Shown: piece after piece, positions 18,871-27,582 of the stretch | How positions within the stretch are numbered: position 1 is the stretch's first letter | Layout of the letters: each line of letters starts with the position of its first letter | Assembly: GCA_031410075.1 (NCBI GenBank) | Contig: JANNYL010000212.1 | Location: forward strand, 1-39,118 | Direction: 5' to 3' | Origin: Flavobacteriales bacterium | Lineage (GTDB): Bacteria; Bacteroidota; Bacteroidia; Flavobacteriales_F; PHOS-HE28 | Length of the DNA: 39,118 nucleotides | The notes under the pieces: generated by a model | The model's database searches: none | What the model was told of the DNA's origin: nothing | What the model saw: the letters and a program-made list of their open reading frames with translations, nothing else | Made by a program: the position numbers and the translations under genes

Positions 18871-20301
18871 ATGAACTTCAGCGTTCCCACCAAGGACAAG
18901 TCCCGCATCCTCGACACGCTCGGCAAGGCCAACAAGGCGTTCCAGGCCATCTACCCCGGCGATCGGCCCGACCGCCAGCCCGTACACACCGTGTATGGTG
19001 GCGCCGACCTGTTCAGCGCCGACACCGCGCAGAAGATGGCCAATTCCGCGCTGAAGACGCTGCTCGAGAACGCAGCTGATTTCACCGAGTTCGCACGCGC
19101 GTTGGAACTGCCCGGCCACGAGAAGCTGCCGAAGAAACCGGCCGACATTGCCAAGCTGGTGAAGCGCCTCGACAAGCTGTCGCCCGCAAAGCGTAAAGAC
19201 GAGAATGGCTGGCTCGCCTACGCCACTTACAACAAGGTGATCCACAAGCTGCGCACCGAAGCGCTGGAAGATTTCCGCATCGACTTCGAGGACGGTTTCG
19301 GCAACCGCAGCTGGGAGGAGGAGGACGCCACCGCCGTGCAGGCCGCGCTGGAAGTGGCCAAGGGCATGAAAGCGAAGTCACTGCCGCCCTTCATCGGCAT
19401 CCGCATCAAGCCCTTCACCGAGGACCTGAAGGAACGCGGCGCGCGCACGCTGGACATCTTCCTCACCACGCTAGCCAAGGCCACCAATGGCAAGCTGCCC
19501 GACAACTTCGTGGTGATGCTGCCGAAGGTGACGATCCCCGAGCAGATCACAGCGCTGGTCGCTCTTTTCGAAGCGATCGAGAGCAATACCAAGATCTCCA
19601 AAGGCGCGCTGAAGATGGAGATGATGGTGGAGACCACGCAGTCCGTGATCGGCGCGGACGGCAGCAACCCGCTGCGCCGCTATGTGCTCGCCAGCAAGGG
19701 CCGCATGATCGCCACGGCCTTCGGCACGTACGACTACACGGCCGCCAACAACATCACCGCGAAGTACCAGGACATGGGCCACGCCGTGTGCGATTTCGCG
19801 CACATGATGATGAAGGTCGCGCTCGGCGCCACCGGCATCTGGCTCAGCGACGGCGCCACCAACGTGATGCCCATCGGTCCGCACCGTGGCGCGAAGCTCA
19901 CGCCGAAGCAGCGCGCCGAGAACAAGGCCGTGGTGCACCGCAACTGGAAGAAGGCGTACGACCACACGCGCCACTCGCTCTGGAAAGGCCTCTACCAGGG
20001 CTGGGACCTCAACCCCGCGCAGTTCCCCATGCGCTACGCCGCCGTCTACAGCTTCTTCCTGGAGAGCTACGACGATGCCGCCGCGCGCCTCAAGGCCTTC
20101 GTGGAACGCGCCGCCCGCGCCACGCTCACCAGCGATGTCTTCGACGATGCCGCGACCGGTCAGGGCCTGCTCAACTACTTCCTGCGCGGGCTGAACTGCG
20201 GGGCGATCAGCGATCAGGAAGCGCTGGCCACGGGGCTGTCGTTGGCAGAGATCCGTACGCGGTCGTTCTTGAAGATCCTCGAAGGACGGAGGAAGAAGTA
20301 G
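18871..20301 (+). CDS. Uncharacterised TIM-barrel protein of the malate synthase / CitE / HpcH-like fold
   Basis: 476 aa from ATG 18871. RIDFEDGFGNRSWEEED resembles the malate synthase DFEDSxxPxW motif. MVETTQSV resembles LIET, and FGTYDYTA resembles GRWDY. No exact family name is recognised. Confidence 0.75.
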   Translation: MNFSVPTKDKSRILDTLGKANKAFQAIYPGDRPDRQPVHTVYGGADLFSADTAQKMANSALKTLLENAADFTEFARALELPGHEKLPKKPADIAKLVKRLDKLSPAKRKDENGWLAYATYNKVIHKLRTEALEDFRIDFEDGFGNRSWEEEDATAVQAALEVAKGMKAKSLPPFIGIRIKPFTEDLKERGARTLDIFLTTLAKATNGKLPDNFVVMLPKVTIPEQITALVALFEAIESNTKISKGALKMEMMVETTQSVIGADGSNPLRRYVLASKGRMIATAFGTYDYTAANNITAKYQDMGHAVCDFAHMMMKVALGATGIWLSDGATNVMPIGPHRGAKLTPKQRAENKAVVHRNWKKAYDHTRHSLWKGLYQGWDLNPAQFPMRYAAVYSFFLESYDDAAARLKAFVERAARATLTSDVFDDAATGQGLLNYFLRGLNCGAISDQEALATGLSLAEIRTRSFLKILEGRRKK

Positions 20302-20307
20302 GTTGTT

Positions 20308-20398
20308 GGGGCGTGCCCCTCGCAAAGCCTCGGGTCGGGCTATCCGCAGTAGTCCTCGGCGATTACGCCTCCGGGCTACTTGCTCCTATCCCTCACGC
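20308..20398. repeat. REP-like GC-rich intergenic element (small hairpin plus two degenerate tandem units)
   Basis: ggggcgtgcccc, followed by cctcgggtcgggctatccgcagtagtcctcggcg and cctccgggctacttgctcctatccctcacgcg. Both units contain CGGGCTA...TCC(C)TC...GCG. Confidence 0.4.
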
Positions 20399-20477
20399 GA
20401 AATGCACGCGCATGGCCATGCCGCACTGTTCTGATGCCCGATGAGATTCCGTGCATCACGTCGACTGGAGCGAAGGG

Positions 20478-21143
20478 TTAGCCCTCGTTGGTGAGTTCGA
20501 CATCACTCTTCCCGATGTTGCAAACGTTGCAGAGAACTCTCAGGTTCTGTAGCGTCGTTTCTCCGCCCTTGCTCCATGGAACCAGATGATCGACATGGAG
20601 CAGCGCGCCATTCCGGGCCTCTGCACCACAGAGCTGGCAGCGCGCCCCATCGCGCATTAGGACGAGGGCCCGCAACCGCCAGTTTATGTTTCGCGGGCTG
20701 CGATGATGATTCGGGCGTGAGGCCGTCGGCGGAGCAGCCTGGGGCGTGACGCCTTGATTGGCCAAGATCACGAATGCTTCGAGCCCTTTACGCCAAGTGC
20801 CAAAGCGGTTCTCATATGTGCCTGCGGAGTAGAGGGAGTGCTCCTTTGTTAGGTCCTGGTACTTGGGCTGACGACCGAGTTTCAACCAAACAGCGACGAG
20901 GTTCTCGAACAGCTGCTCATTGGTCAGATTAAGGTTCCGCGTCTTCGTTAGACCGGCGGCTTCGAGTGCTTTGAACCACGAGCCGAAGCGCCGTGTGAGC
21001 GTGCTGCTGTTGTACTTGCCATGCTCGTTGAACTGATCTATGGTCACGGTGCTCTTGCCCAGTTCACCGGCAACGCGACGCAACTCTCCAAGAAGTTCGT
21101 CATCAGGAACGTTGCGGTGATGGGCTTCGAGTTCGAACTGCAT
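20478..21143 (-). CDS. HNH endonuclease with two N-terminal homing-endonuclease-associated repeats
   Basis: 221 aa. Repeat 1 is ...TLTRRFGSWFKALEAAGL and repeat 2 is ...TYENRFGTWRKGLEAFV. The C-terminal HNH is CQLCG...LHVDHLVPWSKGG...NLRVLCNVCN. Confidence 0.88.
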   Translation of the reverse strand: MQFELEAHHRNVPDDELLGELRRVAGELGKSTVTIDQFNEHGKYNSSTLTRRFGSWFKALEAAGLTKTRNLNLTNEQLFENLVAVWLKLGRQPKYQDLTKEHSLYSAGTYENRFGTWRKGLEAFVILANQGVTPQAAPPTASRPNHHRSPRNINWRLRALVLMRDGARCQLCGAEARNGALLHVDHLVPWSKGGETTLQNLRVLCNVCNIGKSDVELTNEG

Positions 21144-21158
21144 GTGTGCAGAGGTTAA

Positions 21159-23408
21159 CTAGGCATACAAACTCATCAACACTTTCTCCGGCGTGTACGG
21201 CGCATCGAACACCATGCGCGCATCCGGCCGGAATGCCTTGATCGCGTTTTGGATCGCGAAGTACACCCCGATGCCATACATCAGCGGTGGCTCGCCCACG
21301 GCCTTGCTGCGGCGGATGGCCAGCGGATGGCCATCGGTCGGTAGCGCTTCGACCGTGATCTCCTTCGGTACGCTATGGATGTCGGGCACCTTGTAGGTGC
21401 TCAGCGCGTTGCTTAGGAGCTTGCCTTTGTCGTTGTAGACGATCTCCTCCATCGTCATCCAGCCGAGGCCCTGCACCAATCCGCCTTCGATCTGGCCGAT
21501 GTCCACCGCATCGTTCATGCGCTTGCCGAAGTCGTGTACCAGCTTCACGGCATCGATCTCGTAGGTGCCACGGATGCAGTCCACCGTGACCATCACAGCC
21601 GCCGTACCATAGACGTGGTACGCGAAGGGATGCCCCTTCTCCTTCGTCTTGTCGAAGTGGATCTCCGGCGTGGCGTAGTGACCGCTCTCGCTCAGGTTCA
21701 CACGGTCCCAGTGCGCAGCGTGGATCAGCTTCTTCCAATCGAGGTCGGTGGGCTGGCCGTTGTTCAGTACGCGCTCGTCAACGATTGTGATCACATCAGC
21801 CGTCGTCTTCAACATCCGCGATGCCTTCTCCTTCAGCCGCGCCAGGATAGTGTTGCAACCGTTCTCCAACGCCTTGCCATTCAGGTCCGCTGTGGCGCTG
21901 GCCGCGCTGGGGCTGGTGTTCGCCACGCGCGTGGTGTTGGTGCTTTCGACCTTCACCCGCGATGGGTCGATCGAGAAGACCGCTGCGGCCACCTGCACCA
22001 TCTTGGTGTTGAGGCCCTGGCCCATCTCCACGCCGCCGGTGCTCACGCCTACACTGCCGTCCTGGTAAACATGCACCAGCGCCCGCGCATGGTTCATCGG
22101 TGTGTTGGTGAACGAGATGCCGAAGCAGATGGGCATGATGGCCATGCCTTTCACGTGCGTCGTGCTTTTCGCATTGAAGGCATCGATCTCTGCCTGTTGC
22201 TTGGCGAAGTCGAAGGTCTTGTCGGCCAGTTCCCAGGCAGGAGATGCGTTCACGCGGTCCGCGATCTGGCCGTACGAGAAGCTGTCGCCATCCTTCAACA
22301 GGTTGCGCTGCTGGATCTCACGCGCAGGCACACCGAGCTCTTGCGCCGCCTTCGCGATCGCACTCTCGATCACGAACATGCCTTGCGGACCACCGAACCC
22401 ACGGAACGCGGTGTTCGGCGGCAGGTGCGTGCGGCAGGAGTGGGCCGTCACTTCCACGTTCGGTACGAAGTAGCTGTTGGTCGCATGGAAGAGCGTGCGC
22501 TCCATCACGGCCGGTGACAGGTCAGCGGCAGCGCCGGCGTTCTGGTGGAAAGTGGCTTCGTATGCGAGGATCTTCAGGTCCTTGCTCAGTCCGATCTTGA
22601 AATCGCTGCTGTACGGATGCCGCTTGCCCGTCATGCGCATGTCGTCCATGCGGTGCATTGCCAGCTTCACCGGTTTCTTCAGAATGAACGCAGCAAGCGC
22701 GACCAGCGCGGCCCACGCTGACGCTTGATCCTCCTTGCCGCCAAAGCCGCCGCCGAGACGCGTGACATCAACTTCAATGCGGTGCATCGGAATGCCCAGC
22801 ACACGCGCCACAGTACGCTGCACGGCGGTTGGACCTTGTGTGCTCGATGAAATGCGGATGCTGCCGTGCTCCGTGGGGTAGGCGTAGGCGCCTTGCGTTT
22901 CAATGTACAGATGCTCCTGGCCGTTGTTGTCCGCGCGGCCTTCGATCACATGCGCGCACTGCGACCAAGCCTGCTGTGTATCGCCGAGCTTGAAAGTGCG
23001 TAGCGGGATGATCAGCTCGCCTTTTGCGCGTGCATCGCGCGGATCGGTGATCACCGGTAGTTCCTCCAACTCGATGGAGATCAGCTTGCGTGCTTGAATT
23101 GCGGCGTCTTCTGATGTCGCAATGATCAGCGCAACCGGCATGCCCCAGAAGTGGATCTCGTGCTCGGCGAAGAGCGGCTCATCCGGAATGATCCCGCCGA
23201 TCTGGTTTTCGCCGGTGATGTCGGTGTACGTGAGGATGCGCACCACGCCCGGCGCTGCAGCGGCCTTCGACAGGTCGAGCTTCTTGATGTGCGCGTGTGC
23301 CGAAGGAGCATCGTAGGGCAGCGCGTACAGCGTTCCCTGCTGCACTGGAATATCGTCGAGGTAGATCGATCGACCCGTGACGTGGCCTGCGCTGTCGATG
23401 TTCTTCAT
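21159..23408 (-). CDS. xdhB: Xanthine dehydrogenase, molybdopterin-binding subunit
   Basis: 749 aa. Aldehyde oxidase/XDH a/b-hammerhead and Moco domains (GGGFGGKE, FRGFGGPQG, VGEPP). ATGA overlap with xdhA. Confidence 0.93.
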   Translation of the reverse strand: MKNIDSAGHVTGRSIYLDDIPVQQGTLYALPYDAPSAHAHIKKLDLSKAAAAPGVVRILTYTDITGENQIGGIIPDEPLFAEHEIHFWGMPVALIIATSEDAAIQARKLISIELEELPVITDPRDARAKGELIIPLRTFKLGDTQQAWSQCAHVIEGRADNNGQEHLYIETQGAYAYPTEHGSIRISSSTQGPTAVQRTVARVLGIPMHRIEVDVTRLGGGFGGKEDQASAWAALVALAAFILKKPVKLAMHRMDDMRMTGKRHPYSSDFKIGLSKDLKILAYEATFHQNAGAAADLSPAVMERTLFHATNSYFVPNVEVTAHSCRTHLPPNTAFRGFGGPQGMFVIESAIAKAAQELGVPAREIQQRNLLKDGDSFSYGQIADRVNASPAWELADKTFDFAKQQAEIDAFNAKSTTHVKGMAIMPICFGISFTNTPMNHARALVHVYQDGSVGVSTGGVEMGQGLNTKMVQVAAAVFSIDPSRVKVESTNTTRVANTSPSAASATADLNGKALENGCNTILARLKEKASRMLKTTADVITIVDERVLNNGQPTDLDWKKLIHAAHWDRVNLSESGHYATPEIHFDKTKEKGHPFAYHVYGTAAVMVTVDCIRGTYEIDAVKLVHDFGKRMNDAVDIGQIEGGLVQGLGWMTMEEIVYNDKGKLLSNALSTYKVPDIHSVPKEITVEALPTDGHPLAIRRSKAVGEPPLMYGIGVYFAIQNAIKAFRPDARMVFDAPYTPEKVLMSLYA

Positions 23409-24868
23409 CGGACGAGCTCGTTCAGCGTGAAACGCTCCGGGAAGAGCTCCATGAAATGCGCGAAGAACAGCTGGCGCAGCAGCAAACGTTTGTAATCCGC
23501 TGTGCCGCGCGCATCGCTGATGGGTGCGATCTCTTCGTTGATCAACTTGATGGCAGCGCTCACGGTTTCCGCATTCGCTGGCTTGCCCACAAGGAAGGCC
23601 GAGGTGTTCGCGAGGTACTTCGGTACCGGCGCCACGCCACCGGCACTCACATGCGCTTCGACGATCGTATCGCCGTCCATCTCCAAGCGGATCGCGGTGT
23701 TCACGCTAGCGATGTCGAGGTAGGTGCGCTTGCTCACCTTCTCGAAGTGGAAGCGCGTGTTCTTTCCTGGAACTTTGAAGCGCACGGAGGTCACGATCTC
23801 GTCCGTTGACTTGTCCAGTTGTTTGTAGCCTTTGTAGAGGTCGCGGAGTTTCAAACTGCGTGCATCATATGCGCGATTCCGGCTCAACCCCGGGTCAAAA
23901 GCCCGGGGCGGAATGACAGCATCCTGGGAGAGTGTGACGGTACTGTCCAGCGCCAGGAAGAAGACCGTGAGGTCACCGATGGGCGAGGCGTTCACGAAGT
24001 TGCCGGCCACTGTGCCCATGTTGCGGATGGGCGTGGAGGAGACCAGCAGAAGATGCTTCTCGATGTTCGGGAAGTGCGTGCGTAGTTCTTCCGAGGCCAA
24101 CAGGTCGTTCGCCACACACGCCCCGCCGATGATGCATTGATCGCCGTCGATGCGAATGCCTTTCAACTCCACTTCGTTGAACACCGAACGAATGGCCGCA
24201 TGATGCATGCTGTCGTGCTTCTGCACATACAGGTCGGTGCCGCCAGAGAGGACGATGCCAGTGTCGGCTGATCGTTGTCTGTTGGCCGTCCCGCGGGCCA
24301 ACGCGCCAAGTCGCTCCTTGATGGTCGTGAAATAGGAGGGGAGGAATCCGTTCCCCACGGACCACTTCACCGGATTGGTAACATCCTTCTTCGCGAGCTT
24401 GTCCGCAATGATGGCTGCTGCGCGCTCGATGGACTTGTAGCCGGTGCAGCGGCAGATGTTGCCGTCGATCGCGCGCACTGCGAGTTCGTTGGTCACCTTC
24501 TCCCGCGACAGGCAGCAACCGCTGAGCGATACCACGAAGCCCGGCGTGCAGAAGCCGCATTGCGTGCCGCTTTCATCCACCAGCGCTTGTTGCACCGGCG
24601 AGAGCTTCTCCATGTTGAGCCCTTCCACCGTCACGATGTGCTTGCCCTGCACGTTCGCCAGTGCGAGCAGGCAGGAGGTCATCGAGCGGTAGACAACCTG
24701 ATCGTTCTTCAACTCGCCCACGAGCACCGTGCATGCGCCACAATCCCCTTCGCGGCAGCCGATCTTGGTGCCCGGCAGGTGTTGGTGGTAGCGGATGATG
24801 TCCAGCAGCACCGTGCCCTCATGCGCAGTGCTCTCCACGAGGGTGTCGTTCAGGAGGAAGGAGATCAT
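23405..24868 (-). CDS. xdhA: Xanthine dehydrogenase small subunit ([2Fe-2S] + FAD-binding)
   Basis: 487 aa. CREGDCGACTV and CGFCTPG iron-sulfur motifs, CRCTGY, then a FAD-binding domain (LSGGTDL). Confidence 0.93.
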   Translation of the reverse strand: MISFLLNDTLVESTAHEGTVLLDIIRYHQHLPGTKIGCREGDCGACTVLVGELKNDQVVYRSMTSCLLALANVQGKHIVTVEGLNMEKLSPVQQALVDESGTQCGFCTPGFVVSLSGCCLSREKVTNELAVRAIDGNICRCTGYKSIERAAAIIADKLAKKDVTNPVKWSVGNGFLPSYFTTIKERLGALARGTANRQRSADTGIVLSGGTDLYVQKHDSMHHAAIRSVFNEVELKGIRIDGDQCIIGGACVANDLLASEELRTHFPNIEKHLLLVSSTPIRNMGTVAGNFVNASPIGDLTVFFLALDSTVTLSQDAVIPPRAFDPGLSRNRAYDARSLKLRDLYKGYKQLDKSTDEIVTSVRFKVPGKNTRFHFEKVSKRTYLDIASVNTAIRLEMDGDTIVEAHVSAGGVAPVPKYLANTSAFLVGKPANAETVSAAIKLINEEIAPISDARGTADYKRLLLRQLFFAHFMELFPERFTLNELVR

Positions 24869-24889
24869 TGAGCGTCGACCGGATAGGAA

Positions 24890-24927
24890 CGCAGATGACG
24901 CGGATCGGGCGGATCAACGCTGATGGG
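24890..24927. repeat. CAGATG/CGGAT heptamer repeat cluster in the guaD-xdhA spacer
   Basis: cgcagatgacgcggatcgggcggatcaacgctgatggg. Confidence 0.5.
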
Positions 24928-24962
24928 ATACGGGTACTCTTGTTCGTTCATGTCACGGAACA

Positions 24963-25439
24963 TCAGTACTCCACCTTTCTTATGCTCGCCTTCCACTTCT
25001 CGAAAGCCGCCAGCGCTTCTTCTCGCATCAATTGTCGCGTGAAGAGCTTGCGCTCAGCGATGGGTCGCTCGATCTCTTCGTAGATGAACTGATCGTCGAA
25101 TTCGATCGCAGCGGCGTCGCTCTTGGTGTTGGCGTAGTAGATCGCTTTCGGCCGCGCCCAGTAGATCGCGCCCAGGCACATGGGGCAGGGCTCGCAACTG
25201 CAGTAGATCTCGCAATCGTCCAATTGGAACGAGCCGAGTTCCTTGCATGCCTTGCGGATCGCCACCACCTCGGCGTGCGCGGTAGGGTCGTTGGTGGACG
25301 TCACCTCATTCGCACCACGCGCGATGATGATCCCGTTCTTCACGATGACCGCACCGAAGGGCCCGCCCTTGCCGCTTTCCACGTTCTCGATGGAAAGCCT
25401 GATGGCTTCACGCATATGCTCCTGCTTCGGCTCCTGCAT
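24963..25439 (-). CDS. guaD: Guanine deaminase (CDA-fold nucleoside/nucleotide deaminase)
   Basis: 158 aa from ATG 25439. GGPFGAVIV, HAEVVAIRKA, CEPCPMCLGAIYWA zinc motifs. The long upstream extension of the ORF overlaps the S8 gene and is rejected. Confidence 0.88.
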   Translation of the reverse strand: MQEPKQEHMREAIRLSIENVESGKGGPFGAVIVKNGIIIARGANEVTSTNDPTAHAEVVAIRKACKELGSFQLDDCEIYCSCEPCPMCLGAIYWARPKAIYYANTKSDAAAIEFDDQFIYEEIERPIAERKLFTRQLMREEALAAFEKWKASIRKVEY

Positions 25440-25473
25440 GAAGCCAAAGTAACGGCCTGGAAGACCGTTCCAG

Positions 25474-27024
25474 CTACAGTGCCAATGCGCAGTTGACCGC
25501 GGCGCTCGCGTTGATGTTGCCGTAGCCCTTGCTGCCGCTCGGAGCGCTTGCGAACTGCGCGGTGCTGGTGAGGCAGCTGAGCACCTGCGCGCGGGTCGCC
25601 GTGGGCTTGGCGCTCCAGACGAGCGCGGCGATGCCCGCAGCCGTTGCCGTGGCGCTGCTGCTACCGCCGATGTAGCTGGGCGCAGCGCCGCTGGGAGAGA
25701 GAGAGAGCGAGTTCCGGTCGCTGTTGCTGCTGCGCTCCATGCAGATGGTGAGGTCGATCTGCGACCCGTCGTGGCAACTGGAGCACCTGCTGCCATTCTC
25801 CTTCACGCCGGTCACGGCCACGCAGTTGCTGTACGCCGCCGGGTAGATCACGCCCCACCAACTCGTCCAGCTGAAGCTCGTACCGCCGGCCGCCATCACC
25901 AGCTTGCCTTGGCCGGTGGCATAGTTCACCCCGTCGCTCAGCACGCCGTAACTGAAGGGTGTGCCGATGCTCAAGCTGATCACGCGAACCGCGGGATCGG
26001 CACCCATGGTCAAAAGCGCATTCTTCACGGCTGTGCGTTCGCTGCTCTTGTCCAGCACCACGTCCTCGCTTGCGCGTATGAACCGCAGGTTGCTCTTGTA
26101 AGCGACACCGGTGCTCGCGCCACCGCCGTTTCGCGGCCCTACTGCCTGGCCGGACATGCTGGTGCCATGCGAACAGGTCGTGTAGGCCGAGCTTCCGAGC
26201 GTGGCGGATGCACTGAACGTGCGGCCCACGTTGCTCTCACCATCGTTGAAGGAACTGCCGATATAGGCCTGAGCCGAACTGAGCCCCGCGTCGATCACGC
26301 CGACGGTGATACCGGAACCTTGGGAGCTGTTCCACGCCGCAAGGATGGAGTGGTTGTTGAAATTCCAGGGAAGCAGCGCGTTGGGGAAGATGGTGCTGTA
26401 GTCCGCCGCGTTCAACGGGTAGGTGGATGGGCTGCAGCCGGAGGTGCTCCGCTCTTCGCTGGCAACGGCCGGCCAGTAGTCCAACGGCTCGATGTAGCGC
26501 ACGTTCTCCAAATTGTACAGGCGCGTGATGATCTCCTTGTTCGTGAGGCGCAGGGTGATCACCGGCAGTATCCGGTCATCCTCCACGATGATGTCGGCGG
26601 CAGTCACCGGTCGTGTGCGGCCATCGTTCAGCCCGGTGAGCACCAGGTCGATGAGCGCATCATGCACCGCGCGCCATTCGCTATTGCTGATGTCGATTTC
26701 GTGGATGATGTCGTCGATGTTGCCGGCGTTGGCAGGCTTGTAGCCAATGGCCACGCTGTGATCGTTGTAGAGCGTGGCGCTCCATAGCGTGCGCACATCC
26801 ATCCACTCCCAGTGGAAGTCGTTGCGCTCTTCCAGTTTGCCGATCACTGCACGGTCCAGGTCCTCCTGGCTGAGCGGATCGCCTTGCGGAACTTCCACCG
26901 GGTTTGGCTTCATTTTCAGGATGTCACCCGTGCCAACATTGTCAGGTTCCAAGACGGGTTCGCGACGGCAGCCAATGACGAAAAGCAACGCAACAAGAGA
27001 GAGGGTGGAGAGCTTGCGCAACAT
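25474..27024 (-). CDS. S8-family (subtilisin-like) serine peptidase, lipoprotein
   Basis: 516 aa from ATG 27024. Lipobox LLFVIGC. Catalytic Asp (VGVIDAGL), His (SHGTSMSG), Ser (GGSSSATATAAGIAAL). N-terminal propeptide-like region. Confidence 0.85.
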   Translation of the reverse strand: MLRKLSTLSLVALLFVIGCRREPVLEPDNVGTGDILKMKPNPVEVPQGDPLSQEDLDRAVIGKLEERNDFHWEWMDVRTLWSATLYNDHSVAIGYKPANAGNIDDIIHEIDISNSEWRAVHDALIDLVLTGLNDGRTRPVTAADIIVEDDRILPVITLRLTNKEIITRLYNLENVRYIEPLDYWPAVASEERSTSGCSPSTYPLNAADYSTIFPNALLPWNFNNHSILAAWNSSQGSGITVGVIDAGLSSAQAYIGSSFNDGESNVGRTFSASATLGSSAYTTCSHGTSMSGQAVGPRNGGGASTGVAYKSNLRFIRASEDVVLDKSSERTAVKNALLTMGADPAVRVISLSIGTPFSYGVLSDGVNYATGQGKLVMAAGGTSFSWTSWWGVIYPAAYSNCVAVTGVKENGSRCSSCHDGSQIDLTICMERSSNSDRNSLSLSPSGAAPSYIGGSSSATATAAGIAALVWSAKPTATRAQVLSCLTSTAQFASAPSGSKGYGNINASAAVNCALAL

Positions 27025-27160
27025 GGGGGTGGGTTTTGAAACGACCAAGCTATTGGTTCCCGCTTTCCGTGCAAGGGGAGTTTTCCACAGCTTCTTCGCG
27101 CGAGCGGGTCCGATCCCACCGGGCGCGCGACGGTTCTCGAACCGTTCCGCCGGTTATTGT

Positions 27161-27255
27161 CCGCAGATGACACAGATGGTTCGCCACAGGTGGCGGCCAT
27201 CCGCATACGCGCAGTATCTGCGTCATCGGCGCCATCTGTGGCTGACCATCCGCGT
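27161..27255. repeat. Largest CAGATG/CATCTG/ATCCGC repeat cluster, with both orientations present (hairpin-capable)
   Basis: ccgcagatgacacagatgg...ccatccgcatacgcgcagtatctgcgtcatcggcgccatctgtggctgaccatccgc. 9-bp stem cacagatgg/ccatctgtg, with inner hairpins cgccac-ag-gtggcg and gcgcag-tat-ctgcgt. Confidence 0.5.
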
Positions 27256-27390
27256 GCTCGCGACCGCGCTGCGTGCCGCCGGAAGGCATCGGGACCGAGC
27301 GCCGTGTACGGATCCTCTTTCGCGCACCCAACACACCTATTTTCGCGCCCCGTTCCTTGGAAATCAATCCTGATCGGTGTCCAACGTCCA

Positions 27391-27462
27391 GGCCCCATAG
27401 TTCAATGGATAGAATAGGAGTTTCCTAAACTCTTGATCCAGGTTCGACTCCTGGTGGGGTCA
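27391..27462 (+). tRNA. tRNA-Arg (anticodon CCT)
   Basis: The cloverleaf folds by hand. Acceptor GGCCCCA/TGGGGTC, D-arm GTTC-AATGGATA-GAAT, anticodon arm GGAGT-TTCCTAA-ACTCT, T-arm CCAGG-TTCGACT-CCTGG, discriminator A. CCA is not encoded. Confidence 0.92.
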
Positions 27463-27479
27463 CATAGGCTGGTTGTTTT

Positions 27480-27503
27480 CGCTGTGTTACAGCGGTTCTT
27501 CTT
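27480..27503 (+). terminator. Weak candidate intrinsic terminator after the tRNA
   Basis: cgctgt-gtt-acagcg (6-bp stem) followed by gttcttctt. The stem is short and the T-tract interrupted. Confidence 0.25.
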
Positions 27504-27582
27504 GGAGCACGGATCCAAGACAAAGACGTTGCGTGCGATGGGAATAGCCATCTCGGGATCTTCCTTGCGCCCGTTGAATACC

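Noticed and set aside
20308-20319. GGGGCGTGCCCC as an intrinsic terminator for the malate-synthase-like gene
   Set aside because: It has only a 4-5 bp stem with a tiny loop and no downstream T-tract.
27275-27287. gccgcc-GGAA-ggc hairpin resembling the SRP RNA domain IV tetraloop
   Set aside because: The flanking sequence lacks the conserved SRP asymmetric-loop residues (AGCA / GGUCC context). Only the tetraloop motif matches.
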